Of a stretch of 64,000 bases of DNA, positions 39,743-49,718 are shown one piece after another (the stretch's first letter is position 1; each line of letters starts with the position of its first letter). The DNA comes from a virus. Below the pieces are notes generated by a model that saw nothing but the letters and a program-made list of their open reading frames with translations, was not told the DNA's origin and did no database searches. The position numbers and the translations under genes were made by a program. The stretch covers positions 1-64,000 of the IMG/VR virus record IMGVR_UViG_3300008113_000108, one strand, 5' to 3'.

Positions 39743-39991
39743 ATGTCTTTGTCACAGGAAATTGTGGATAGCATTATTGCTAGAAACAATGTAAATGCCA
39801 ATGAAAAAATTTATGATGCACTTTACGGAAAAGCTTCCGAAAAGATTGGAATGAGAAAAGTTGAAGTTGCCCAAAACATGTTTGCATCATCAAATTATGA
39901 AGATGATGAAGACTACTATGAAGAGGGTGAACCAGTAGTTGATCATGAGGATGAGTACGAAGAAGTACCAGAAGAAGAGTACGAACAATGA
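39743..39991 (+). CDS. Acidic prohead core protein (gp67-like position)
   Basis: Between gp20 and gp21; acidic tail; TAAATA at 39703. Confidence 0.65.
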   Translation: MSLSQEIVDSIIARNNVNANEKIYDALYGKASEKIGMRKVEVAQNMFASSNYEDDEDYYEEGEPVVDHEDEYEEVPEEEYEQ

Positions 39992-40641
39992 AACTAATCA
40001 CAGAAACTATCGAAGATATCAAAGTTATCACCGAAGAAAAAGGTGGTAAAAAAAATCTATATATTGAAGGAGTATTTCTTCAGGCGGAATTAAAAAACCG
40101 CAATGGTCGCATGTACCCAATGGAAACTCTTGAAAGAGAGGTTGGTTCTTATAACGAGAACTATGTTGCAAAAGGTCGTGCTCTAGGTGAACTAGGTCAT
40201 CCAGATAGTCCAACAATTAACCTAGATAGAGTATCCCACAAGATTGTTTCTCTTCGTTCAGAAGGAACCAATTTTATTGGTAAAGCTCAGATTCTAGAAA
40301 CTCCAATGGGTAAAATCGCTAAGTCTCTACTTGAGTCTGGCGTTACTCTAGGTGTGTCTTCAAGAGGAATTGGTTCCATTGAAGAAAGAAACGGAATCAA
40401 TGTAGTAAAGGATGACTTCATGTTATCTACTGCTGCAGACATTGTTGCAGATCCTTCTGCTCCAGATGCTTTTGTGCAAGGCATTATGGAAGGTAGAGAG
40501 TGGATTTGGAACAATGGTATGTTAGAAGAGAAAGTAATCAACAGCTATAAGCAAGCGATTAATAGAGCATCTTCTAATAGTTTAAACGAAAGAAAACTAC
40601 AAGTTTTTGAAAGTTTTCTTCGTAATATCAAAATTTCATAA
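39988..40641 (+). CDS. gp21: Prohead protease gp21
   Basis: NRNGRMYP, GELGHP, GVSSRG.GS, DIVADPSAPDA. Confidence 0.96.
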   Translation: MKLITETIEDIKVITEEKGGKKNLYIEGVFLQAELKNRNGRMYPMETLEREVGSYNENYVAKGRALGELGHPDSPTINLDRVSHKIVSLRSEGTNFIGKAQILETPMGKIAKSLLESGVTLGVSSRGIGSIEERNGINVVKDDFMLSTAADIVADPSAPDAFVQGIMEGREWIWNNGMLEEKVINSYKQAINRASSNSLNERKLQVFESFLRNIKIS

Positions 40642-40683
40642 ATAATAGTAGAAAATATCACATATTTCTAGAGGGTTTTTTCG

Positions 40684-41671
40684 ATGTCCAATGTATTAAA
40701 GCAAGAAAGCTTCTTCAAGAGTAAAGAAGTCATCTTCTAAAGTCAATGCTGGTGCAAAGTCACCAGATGGAATGCCTCATCTACAAGGTTCAGCTCCTGG
40801 TCAAAAGGGGATGAAGGAAGAAGAAGAGTTTGAAGTTGAAGAAGAAGAAATTCTTTACGAAGCTGAGAAGTCAGAAGAAGATGAAGATGAGGAGGAAGAC
40901 GAAAAAGAAGAGAAGAAGTCTTCCAAAAAAGAGAAGAAAACAGAGATGAAGGCAGAAGAGATCGAAATCGACGTAACCGATGATCTCAATGCTCTCTTCC
41001 ACGGAGAAGAACTCTCCGAACACTTCATGCAAAAAGCAGCTACAATTTTTGAAGCTGCAGTAAAAGCAAAAGTAGTTGAAGAAGTTCAAAAGTTTGAGGC
41101 ACTATACGAACAGCGTCTAGTCGAGGAAATCGAAGAGATCGCTGAGTCCCTAGAGACCCGTGTAGACGCTCACCTTGATTATATTGCTGAGCAGTGGGTT
41201 GCTGAGAACCAGCTATCCATTGATAACGGCATCAAGACCGAAATTGCTGAAAATCTAATGCAAGGTCTTGCTAACCTCTTCATGGAGAACAATATTGATC
41301 TTCCTGAAGAGCAACAAGATGTAGTTGCCGAAATGGCAGCTAAACTAGATGAGATGGAGGAAAAACTCAACGAACAGATTGAAATCAATGTTGAGCTAAA
41401 CCAAGAAATCGGATCATATATTAAACATGGAATTATTGCAGAAGTATCCGAAGGTCTAGCAGAAACACAGAAAGAAAAACTGTTCAGCCTGTCAGAAGGT
41501 GTTGAGTTTATGAGTGAAGAATCTTTCCGTGACAAGATTGAAACAATCAAGGAAAATTATTTCCCTAAGACTCAATCAAATTATGTGGAAGACCTAGTTG
41601 AAAAGAATCAAGATTTCTATGAGGGACCAATGGCAGCATATGTAAATGCTGTTTCCAGATGGGCTCAGTGA
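40684..41671 (+). CDS. gp22: Prohead scaffold gp22, with frame break near 40699
   Basis: TAAATA 40639, GAGG SD and ATG 40684 (MSNVL, stops at 40738-40740); main frame opens at 40700 with AATIFEAAV, YIAEQW, IKENYF. Confidence 0.85.
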
Positions 41672-41685
41672 TAATCTAGATTTTT

Positions 41686-41693
41686 TATAAATA
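41686..41693 (+). promoter_or_regulatory. Late promoter of gp23
   Basis: TATAAATA (T4 gp55 consensus). Confidence 0.85.
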
Positions 41694-41742
41694 TTAATAG
41701 ATTCCTAACAAATAAATTTAACAACCCAGGAGTTTACCCCCA

Positions 41743-43128
41743 ATGTTTAATTCAGAACAGCTACAAAGAAAATGGGCTCCTATTTTGGAGCACAACGATC
41801 TAAACCCAATTACAGACAGATATCGTAAAGCTGTAACCGCAGTTCTCCTAGAGAACCAAGAGTCATTCCTACGTGAAGAGCGTGGTGTTCTTTCCGAGGT
41901 TGCTGCTAATAGCACTGGTTCATTCACCGCTGGTGGTGCTGGTGTAGGCGCACATGGCTTCTCAGGTGGTGCTGCTGCTGGCGGTCCTGTTGCAGGTTTC
42001 GATCCAGTTCTAATCAGCCTAATCCGCCGTTCAATGCCTAAGCTAATTGCTTATGACATTTGCGGTGTTCAGCCAATGAGCGGCCCAACTGGTCTAATCT
42101 TCGCAATGCGTGCTCATCGTGGTACTGATCGCAATGGCGACGGTGCTACTCCAAACGTATTCGATAACGAGACCTTCTTCAACGAAGTTCCTTCAGGTTT
42201 CTCTGCTGCTGGTGGTTCATACTCTGCAGCTTCTGGTGAAACTGCAACCAACCCAGGCGTACTAAATGCTTCTGGTACTTACGGTTATGTTGGTGGTATG
42301 AACACCAACGCTGCTGAAGCTCTAGGCGAAAGCGGATCTGAGTTCCGTGAAATGAGCTTCTCAATCGAGAAGGTAACTGTAACAGCAAAGAGCCGTGCTC
42401 TAAAAGCTGAGTACACCCTAGAACTCGCACAAGACCTCAAGGCTATCCATGGTCTTGATGCTGAGACTGAGCTAGCAAACATTCTAAGCTCAGAGATTCT
42501 AACTGAAATCAACCGTGAAGTTGTACGTACCATCTACGTAACTGCTAAGCCAGGTGCTCAGAACAACGTAGCTAACGCTGGTACTTTCGACCTCGACGTT
42601 GACTCCAATGGTCGTTGGTCAGTTGAGAAGTTCAAGGGTCTACTATTCCAGATTGAGCGTGATGCAAACGCAATCGGTCATGAGACTCGTAGAGGGAAGG
42701 GTAACTTCATCGTTTGCTCCGCAGACGTTGCAAGTGCTCTAGCTGCTGCTAAGGTAATGGATTACACTCCACTACTCAACACTTCAGACACCCCAGACGA
42801 CACCGTATCAACTCTAGCTGGTACAATCAATGGTCGCATCAAGGTATATGTTGATCCATATTCAGCAAATATCTCCAATGACCACTACTACGTAATGGGT
42901 TATAAGGGAACCAACGCATATGATGCTGGTCTCTTCTACTGCCCATACGTTCCTCTCCAGATGGTTCGTAGCATCGGTCAGGACACCTTCCAGCCAAAGA
43001 TTGGCTTCAAGACCCGCTACGGCATGGTTGCAAACCCATTCGCAGGTGGTCTAACCCAGCGTTCTGGTGCTCTCCAGGCAAACGACAACGTTTACTACAG
43101 AAGAACCAGAGTTATCAACCTAATGTGA
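41743..43128 (+). CDS. gp23: Major capsid protein gp23
   Basis: GVQPMSGPTGLIFAMR, KSRALKAEYTLELAQDLKAIHGLDAE, FQPKIGFKTRYG. Confidence 0.98.
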   Translation: MFNSEQLQRKWAPILEHNDLNPITDRYRKAVTAVLLENQESFLREERGVLSEVAANSTGSFTAGGAGVGAHGFSGGAAAGGPVAGFDPVLISLIRRSMPKLIAYDICGVQPMSGPTGLIFAMRAHRGTDRNGDGATPNVFDNETFFNEVPSGFSAAGGSYSAASGETATNPGVLNASGTYGYVGGMNTNAAEALGESGSEFREMSFSIEKVTVTAKSRALKAEYTLELAQDLKAIHGLDAETELANILSSEILTEINREVVRTIYVTAKPGAQNNVANAGTFDLDVDSNGRWSVEKFKGLLFQIERDANAIGHETRRGKGNFIVCSADVASALAAAKVMDYTPLLNTSDTPDDTVSTLAGTINGRIKVYVDPYSANISNDHYYVMGYKGTNAYDAGLFYCPYVPLQMVRSIGQDTFQPKIGFKTRYGMVANPFAGGLTQRSGALQANDNVYYRRTRVINLM

Positions 43129-43149
43129 TCACTGATTCACATATCTCTC

Positions 43150-43175
43150 AGAGGGTCTTCGGACCCTCTTTTTTT
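43150..43175 (+). terminator. Intrinsic terminator after gp23
   Basis: AGAGGGTC-TTCG-GACCCTCT followed by T run. Confidence 0.93.
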
Positions 43176-43196
43176 ATCTAAATATAAATAAAACCC

Positions 43197-43733
43197 ATGG
43201 CTGCTAATTTTATAGCCAACTCAGGCTGCCCTTCAAATTTCCTGACTGGAATAGGATTTCAGTTTCAGTTAATTAAATATCCAAAAGTATCTTTCTTTTG
43301 CCAGTCTGCAACTGTTCCTGGTATTAGTCTTTCTACAGCCAGACAGGCTACAAGATACAACTATATCAGTCATCCTGGAGATGAGATAAATTTTGAAGAT
43401 CTAACTTTAGAATTTATCGTAGATGAAAATATGTCCAACTATGTGACTGTACATAATTGGGTTAGAAAATTAGGACATCCTTATTCATCAGAAGATATTC
43501 AAGAGCTTCCAGGAGATAGCTTGGATGATAAGACCTACAGTGATGCTGTATTGTTTATTCTAGATTCCAACTTTAAAAAGAAATTTAAAGTAGTTTTCAA
43601 AGATGTGTTCCCTACAGATTTAGGACCACTCAAGTTTGAATCTACATCTACCGATGTTCAGTACTTTACAGTTTCAGCCAATTTCAAGTATACTATATAC
43701 GATATATACGATATTAATGACAAGAAATTATGA
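43197..43733 (+). CDS. gp3: Tail completion protein gp3
   Basis: FFCQSATVPGI, PGDEINFEDL..FIVDENMSNY, F.DVFPT; TATAAATA at 43183. Confidence 0.88.
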   Translation: MAANFIANSGCPSNFLTGIGFQFQLIKYPKVSFFCQSATVPGISLSTARQATRYNYISHPGDEINFEDLTLEFIVDENMSNYVTVHNWVRKLGHPYSSEDIQELPGDSLDDKTYSDAVLFILDSNFKKKFKVVFKDVFPTDLGPLKFESTSTDVQYFTVSANFKYTIYDIYDINDKKL

Positions 43734-44161
43734 TCGACATTGACTTTGTTAAAAATGAATGGAAAAAAGACTCGGTGATGGATGAAGACTTATTAGATCA
43801 AGAGTCTATTAAAATTCCTCAATTACATAGCAAGTATTTAAATTTTCTTTCTGATGTAAGACTGATTAAAATCAAGAAAGAACAAGATTACAAAAGAATG
43901 CTCAGAGAAAAGTTTGAGTATTATACAGGTAAAGCAGATACAGAAGTTTATAGACAAAAGCCATTTGATTTGAAGATCTTGAAGCAGGATGTTCAACTTT
44001 ATATTGATTCAGATGAAGAAATACAATCCTTACAAAATAAACTAAATTATTATAAGGAGATGATGTTTTTACTTGAAAGTATTCTGAGTAATATCAATAC
44101 CAGGGGATTTCAAATTAAAAATAGCATCGAGTGGCAGAAATTCATGCAAGGTACTATTTAA
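43730..44161 (+). CDS. uvsY: Recombination mediator UvsY
   Basis: IPQLHSKY, EYYTGKA, RGFQIKNSIEW. Confidence 0.9.
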   Translation: MIDIDFVKNEWKKDSVMDEDLLDQESIKIPQLHSKYLNFLSDVRLIKIKKEQDYKRMLREKFEYYTGKADTEVYRQKPFDLKILKQDVQLYIDSDEEIQSLQNKLNYYKEMMFLLESILSNINTRGFQIKNSIEWQKFMQGTI

Positions 44162-45630
44162 TGGCAGATGTTATTATTCAGAAAAAGAATGAAGTTTATC
44201 TTTCTGTAGAATGCGAACCACACATAAAGTATGAACTTTCAGAGTACTTTACGTTTGATGTTCCAAATGCAAAATTCATGCCACAATACAAAAACAGGTT
44301 GTGGGATGGCAAGATCAGATTATTCAGTCCTGCGGAAGGACTAATTTATGTTGGTCTGTATGACTACCTAACTGAGTGGCTTTGTACGAGGGGATATACA
44401 TTCCTTGACAAGGATAATAAGTTCTATGGAATGCCCAAAGATTCCAATCAAGAAATTACACCAGAAGGTTTAGTGGATTATGTTAAGACACTTGGAATTC
44501 CTTTTAAAGTTAGAGACTATCAATACAAAGCAATTTACGAAGCACTAAGAAATAATCGTAAGTTACTTCTATCTCCAACTGCATCAGGAAAATCTCTGAT
44601 GATTTATTGCATTGTCAGATATTATACTGACAAAGGAATGAATGTATTAATTATTACTCCAACCACTTCTCTGGTAGAACAGTTATCAAAAGACTTCCAG
44701 GATTATGGTTGGGGAGATGATACACATAAAATTTATGCAGGCAAATCAAAGCAAACAAATAAACTAGTTACAGTTACAACTTGGCAATCAATCTACAAAT
44801 TACCAAAGGCATTCTTTGAAAAGTATGATGTTGTGATTGGAGATGAAGCTCATCAATTCAAAGCCAAGTCTCTAGTATCCATCATGACAAAACTACATAA
44901 TTGTAAACATAGAATTGGGTTCACGGGTACTCTGGATGGGTCAAGCACAAATCAACTCGTATTAGAGGGGTTATTCGGTCCTGTTAACAAGGTTATTAAG
45001 ACCAAAAATTTGATAGACAAGGGCTACCTCTCAAACCTCAAAATCAATATCCTTTTACTTCAGCATGAGTATTCGTCGTTTGAGTCGTATCAAGAGGAAT
45101 TAGATTACATATGTCGTAACGAAAGACGAAATAACTACATCAAAAAATTAGCCATCAATCAGGAAGGAAACACTCTGGTTCTTTTTGCTATGGTAGAAAA
45201 GCATGGCAAAGTACTTTACGATTTAATAAATAGTCAAGTAGGTAATGAAAGAAAAGTATTTTTCGTATACGGTGGAGTCGATACCGAAGAAAGAGAGCTA
45301 ATCAGAAAATTAACTGAAGAACAGTCAAATGCAATTATTATTGCATCGTATGGAACATTTTCCACTGGAATTAATATTCGTAACCTACACAATGTTATTT
45401 TTGCAAGTCCAAGCAAATCAAGAATTAGAAATCTCCAATCAATCGGTAGAGTATTGAGAAAAGGAGAAAACAAGTCCAAAGCAAGATTATTCGATATTGC
45501 TGATGATTTTTCAAAAGGAGAAAAGAAAAATTATACTTTAAATCACTTGATAGAAAGAATTAAAACTTACTCTGAAGAAAACTTTGAGTATGAAATAATT
45601 CCAGTTAATTTTAAACAGGGAGACAAATGA
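44161..45630 (+). CDS. uvsW: DNA helicase UvsW
   Basis: SPTASGKS, GDEAH, FTGTL, QSIGRVLR; likely start at ATG 44161. Confidence 0.95.
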   Translation: MADVIIQKKNEVYLSVECEPHIKYELSEYFTFDVPNAKFMPQYKNRLWDGKIRLFSPAEGLIYVGLYDYLTEWLCTRGYTFLDKDNKFYGMPKDSNQEITPEGLVDYVKTLGIPFKVRDYQYKAIYEALRNNRKLLLSPTASGKSLMIYCIVRYYTDKGMNVLIITPTTSLVEQLSKDFQDYGWGDDTHKIYAGKSKQTNKLVTVTTWQSIYKLPKAFFEKYDVVIGDEAHQFKAKSLVSIMTKLHNCKHRIGFTGTLDGSSTNQLVLEGLFGPVNKVIKTKNLIDKGYLSNLKINILLLQHEYSSFESYQEELDYICRNERRNNYIKKLAINQEGNTLVLFAMVEKHGKVLYDLINSQVGNERKVFFVYGGVDTEERELIRKLTEEQSNAIIIASYGTFSTGINIRNLHNVIFASPSKSRIRNLQSIGRVLRKGENKSKARLFDIADDFSKGEKKNYTLNHLIERIKTYSEENFEYEIIPVNFKQGDK

Positions 45631-46025
45631 AAGAATTTTATGGAATAATCAAACTAGTAGACGGAACTGAAATAGTTGGAAGTGTAGTTCCATGTGAAGA
45701 ACAAGAAGGATTTATTGTTGAGAATCCTTTTGAAATTGCTGTAGAACCTATTTCAACTCCAACAGGAGAAATGTATAAAGTTGATATGAGACCATGGATT
45801 AAATTCTCCAAAGAAGACATTTTCTTTATTGAAAAGAATAAAGTATTTACAATTGGAGAAGCAGACAATAAAATCCTAACTCTCTACAGAAGCACCCTAA
45901 AGAAGTATCTTAATAAACAAGATAATAATAGAGTTTCTTTAGATAAAGAATTAGGATTTAAAAATAAAATTGAAGAAGCTAGAAAGCTTCTGGAGAAGTC
46001 CTTTAAACTTAATATAGATACTTAA
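45627..46025 (+). CDS. Hypothetical protein (Sm-like fold candidate)
   Basis: IKLVDGTEIV..ENP..PWI pattern; between uvsW and gp55. Confidence 0.75.
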   Translation: MKEFYGIIKLVDGTEIVGSVVPCEEQEGFIVENPFEIAVEPISTPTGEMYKVDMRPWIKFSKEDIFFIEKNKVFTIGEADNKILTLYRSTLKKYLNKQDNNRVSLDKELGFKNKIEEARKLLEKSFKLNIDT

Positions 46026-46051
46026 AGTTAATTCTGAACCCTGACAGAGTT

Positions 46052-46080
46052 ATTATACACACATTCCAGGGTCTTGTCAA
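46052..46080 (-). promoter_or_regulatory. Consensus sigma70 promoter on minus strand (antisense)
   Basis: Reverse complement reads TTGACA-17 bp-TATAAT. Confidence 0.8.
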
Positions 46081-46097
46081 CCCCCCCCCCTCACCAC

Positions 46098-46126
46098 TTG
46101 ACAAGACCTTTTTTATGTGCTACAAT
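46098..46126 (+). promoter_or_regulatory. sigma70 promoter for gp55
   Basis: TTGACA-17 bp-(TGc)TACAAT. Confidence 0.85.
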
Positions 46127-46153
46127 TTACACAATTGGAATAATCTAAGTTGA

Positions 46154-46624
46154 ATGAAGAAAAAAGAACACTATGTAAATAACAAGGACTTCTTAGATGC
46201 CCTAATGGTTTATCGTAAAGAAGTTAAACTTGCAAAGGAAGAGGGTAGGGACAAACCTAAAGTTCCCAACTATATTGGAGAGTGCTTTCTGAAGATTGCT
46301 ACTCACCTATCATATCGTCCTAACTTTGTCAACTACATGTTTAAGGATGACATGATTTGTGATGGCATTGAAAACTGTCTTCAGTATATTGATAACTTTG
46401 ACCCAGAAAAGTCTACTAATCCATTTGCATATTTTACTCAAATTATTTACTTTGCCTTCCTTCGTCGTATTCAAAAAGAGAAGAAGCAACTTGAAGTTAA
46501 AACCAAGCTACTAGAAAGGTCTGGGTTTGACGAAGTATTTGCTGCCGACGATAACATCATGGGATTCAATATGTCTGACATGAACAGCATTAAAGAAAAT
46601 CTTGAATATCGCAATAACCGATGA
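46154..46624 (+). CDS. gp55: Late transcription sigma factor gp55
   Basis: HYVNNKDF, RPNFVNY, NPFAYFTQIIYFAFLRRIQKEKKQ. Confidence 0.96.
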   Translation: MKKKEHYVNNKDFLDALMVYRKEVKLAKEEGRDKPKVPNYIGECFLKIATHLSYRPNFVNYMFKDDMICDGIENCLQYIDNFDPEKSTNPFAYFTQIIYFAFLRRIQKEKKQLEVKTKLLERSGFDEVFAADDNIMGFNMSDMNSIKENLEYRNNR

Positions 46625-47670
46625 ACAGTGCAATTATTACAGACCAGCATTTAGATGGAAGAAAGGGTTCTCTAGCTTTCTGGGAATTCTTTCTCAAGTT
46701 TTATGATGATGTATTCTTTCCAACCTTGGAAGAGAACAACATCAAAATCCTATTTGATTTAGGAGACACTTTTGATAATAGGAAATCAATTGATTTTGCT
46801 GCTTGGGATAGAATCAAGAAGCATTACTATGATAGACTTCGTGATCTTGGTATTCAAGTTCACATGATCGTAGGAAATCATACTGCATATTACAAAAATA
46901 CTAATCGTGTGAATACTCCAAATCTATTGCTGAGTTCATATGATAATATTACTATCTACGATGAAGTCTGTGATATTGATGTTCTAGGAAATACCATTAC
47001 AATGGTTCCTTGGATTAATCCTGAGAATCAATCCAAAGTAATGGACCATCTAAAGAACACAAAATCCCAAGTCCTAATGGGACACCTTGAGATCAATGGT
47101 TTTGAAGCTCATCCAGGTCATACTTTTGAGGGTGGTCTAGACAGAGATATCTTCTACAAGTTTAAGCAAGTATTCTCTGGACATTTCCATCACAAATCAA
47201 GAAGTGATAACATTCATTATCTTGGCAATCCTTATGAAATGACTTGGAGTGATTTCAATGAAGAAAGAGGATTCCATCTGTATGATCTAGATAATAGAAA
47301 ACTAAAGTTCATCAGAAATCCATTTAGGATGTTCAAGAAATTTTATTACAATGATGAAGTTCATGACTATCTAAAATTAGATCTCACTGAATACAAAGAC
47401 AGCTACGTTAAAGTAATTGTTGAAAATAAAACTGATCTTTACATGTTTGATAAAGTAATTGAAAAGTTTTATACTGTTGGAATTCATGATCTAAAAATTA
47501 TTGAAGATACTCAGATAATGTCTGATGAAGATGACATCGAGACAATTGAACATGAGGATACTCTCAGTACATTGCAGAGATATATAGAAGATATGAAAGA
47601 TAATTATGACAAGTCTAACTTGAAATCTATTATCAAATCAATTTATATCGAAGCATCTGAGATTCAGTAA
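46621..47670 (+). CDS. gp47: Recombination endonuclease subunit gp47 (Mre11-like)
   Basis: TDQH, LGDTFD, VGNH, GHLE, SGHFH phosphoesterase motifs. Confidence 0.95.
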   Translation: MNSAIITDQHLDGRKGSLAFWEFFLKFYDDVFFPTLEENNIKILFDLGDTFDNRKSIDFAAWDRIKKHYYDRLRDLGIQVHMIVGNHTAYYKNTNRVNTPNLLLSSYDNITIYDEVCDIDVLGNTITMVPWINPENQSKVMDHLKNTKSQVLMGHLEINGFEAHPGHTFEGGLDRDIFYKFKQVFSGHFHHKSRSDNIHYLGNPYEMTWSDFNEERGFHLYDLDNRKLKFIRNPFRMFKKFYYNDEVHDYLKLDLTEYKDSYVKVIVENKTDLYMFDKVIEKFYTVGIHDLKIIEDTQIMSDEDDIETIEHEDTLSTLQRYIEDMKDNYDKSNLKSIIKSIYIEASEIQ

Positions 47671-47945
47671 TGTACATCCTAACGCTCAAAGATAAAAAAG
47701 AAGAGGGTGCATACGCAGTAGAGACATCAGACGGAAGTAAAGTTTTGCAACTGTTTGTTGACGAAGACGATGCACTGAGATATATTGGGCTGTTAGAAGC
47801 AGATGGATTTCCTGAGATGCAGTTAGTTGAAATAGATGAAGAGGATGCAGTCATTGCATGTGAAAGTTTTGGATATAATTATTGTGTAATAACTCCCGAT
47901 GATTTTGTAATTCCGCCTGAGACCATTTCTTATGATTTTATTTAA
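47670..47945 (+). CDS. DUF3110-like protein
   Basis: EGAYAV..VL.LF.DEDDA.RY..LLEA pattern. Confidence 0.7.
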   Translation: MYILTLKDKKEEGAYAVETSDGSKVLQLFVDEDDALRYIGLLEADGFPEMQLVEIDEEDAVIACESFGYNYCVITPDDFVIPPETISYDFI

Positions 47946-49644
47946 GTCTGTAACATACTCAAATTTTCTTGCAGTAGGAAACACTCCAATTACAGTTGAT
48001 TTAAATTCTGCCAATACAACACTTATTGTTGGGACCAATGGAGCAGGTAAAAGTACAATCATTGAAGCTATTGTATTTGCTCTGTTTAACAAATCATTTC
48101 GTAAGGTAAATAAAAACCAACTTATTAACTCAATCAACGAAAAGGATTGTAAAGTTGATCTAGAGTTTAGCATTGGTCCGAAAGAATATAAAATTATTCG
48201 TGGACTGAAGCCAAATATTTTTGAAATTTGGGTTGATGGTCAGCTACTAGATCAGGTTGCTGCTGCGTCAGACCAACAAAAGTATCTGGAACAAAATATC
48301 CTGAAACTGAATTACAAGTCATTTACTCAGATTGTAATTCTCGGTAGCAGCACCTTTGTTCCTTTCATGCAACTTCCTGCTGCCCACCGACGAGAGATTA
48401 TCGAAGATCTTCTAGACATTCGTATCTTCTCGACTATGAATGTCATTCTAAAGGATCGAATCAAAACCAATAACGATAATATCAAAACCTTTGAGAATCA
48501 GATTGAGTTTCTCAAAGAAAAAGTCAAGATGCAAAAAGATCATATTGACTATATCAAAAATCAATCTCAGAAGAGTATTGATGACAAGAAAGTACAGATA
48601 GAAGATTATGAAAATCAGATCAAAGAGTGCAACGAAACCTACGATAAACTATGCGTTGATCTAGACAACAAGCAACAAGAACTTGCAGCTCTACCAAAGA
48701 TCAATATTAAAGAACTAGAGAAATACAAGACTAAGTTTCTGACAAAGTTATCTGATCACGAAACTAATATTCAATTTTATAGTGAGAATGATACTTGCCC
48801 AACATGTCATCAAGATCTCACTGATGATGTGAAAGAAAAGCATATTGGCAAATGCAATTCTGAGATTGAAAAACTTCAAAAATCAATTCACGAAGTTGAA
48901 ATTAAAATCGAAGAGTCTCAAGAAATTATTTCCAAATCTCAAGACATTCTACAACAAATCTCAGATATCAACGTAAAGATTGCTTCTCAAAACTACAAGT
49001 GTAAAGGTCTTGCAGATTTTATTGTTACTCTAAATGAAGAGATTGAGAAGATCTCGGAATCTGATAAAGATATTGCAGTCGAGAAACAAAAGCTAACCGC
49101 ACTCGCATCAGAAGGTCTGACTCTCAAAAAACAAGTGGACAAGATGAAGTCTAACAAAACCTATTTTGAGATTATCTCTAGCCTTCTCAAAGATACTGGA
49201 ATCAAATCTAAGATTATCAAAAAATATCTTCCAGTAATGAATCAACTTATCAATAAGTATCTTCAGTTGATGGACTTTTATGTTAACTTTAATCTAGATG
49301 AAAACTTTGAAGAAACCATCAAATCTAGATTCCGAGATGAGTTTAGTTATACTTCATTCTCTGAAGGTGAAAAGATGAGAATCGACTTGGCTCTAATGTT
49401 TACCTGGAGAGCAGTTGCAAAACTAAAAAATTCTACAAATACAAATTTACTCATTCTTGACGAAGTATTTGATAGTTCTCTTGACACAGCAGGCACAGAA
49501 GACTTTCTTCGCATCATTCGTGGAATTGACAAAGACACAAACGTGTTTGTTATCTCTCATAAAGGTGATGTTCTTCATGATAAGTTTGAAAGAGTCTTGA
49601 GGTTTGAAAAAGTCAAGAACTTCAGCAAGGTCAAAGAAATATAA
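47932..49644 (+). CDS. gp46: Recombination endonuclease subunit gp46 (Rad50-like)
   Basis: GTNGAGKS, CPTC zinc hook, FSEGEK, LILDEVFD. Confidence 0.96.
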   Translation: MILFKSVTYSNFLAVGNTPITVDLNSANTTLIVGTNGAGKSTIIEAIVFALFNKSFRKVNKNQLINSINEKDCKVDLEFSIGPKEYKIIRGLKPNIFEIWVDGQLLDQVAAASDQQKYLEQNILKLNYKSFTQIVILGSSTFVPFMQLPAAHRREIIEDLLDIRIFSTMNVILKDRIKTNNDNIKTFENQIEFLKEKVKMQKDHIDYIKNQSQKSIDDKKVQIEDYENQIKECNETYDKLCVDLDNKQQELAALPKINIKELEKYKTKFLTKLSDHETNIQFYSENDTCPTCHQDLTDDVKEKHIGKCNSEIEKLQKSIHEVEIKIEESQEIISKSQDILQQISDINVKIASQNYKCKGLADFIVTLNEEIEKISESDKDIAVEKQKLTALASEGLTLKKQVDKMKSNKTYFEIISSLLKDTGIKSKIIKKYLPVMNQLINKYLQLMDFYVNFNLDENFEETIKSRFRDEFSYTSFSEGEKMRIDLALMFTWRAVAKLKNSTNTNLLILDEVFDSSLDTAGTEDFLRIIRGIDKDTNVFVISHKGDVLHDKFERVLRFEKVKNFSKVKEI

Positions 49645-49695
49645 GATATCCTTATGGTCTAGCCCATTGACATGGTGGGTTGGACCTGTTACTAT
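49641..49695 (+). promoter_or_regulatory. sigma70 promoter with upstream ATAAG-N5-CTTAT box
   Basis: Box 49641-49655; TTGACA 49667-49672; 17 bp; TACTAT 49690-49695. Confidence 0.8.
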
Positions 49696-49718
49696 ATGGG
49701 TAACGAATTGAGGCACTT

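Noticed and set aside
43128-43197. Absence of gp24 after gp23
   Set aside because: Normal for T4-like cyanophages
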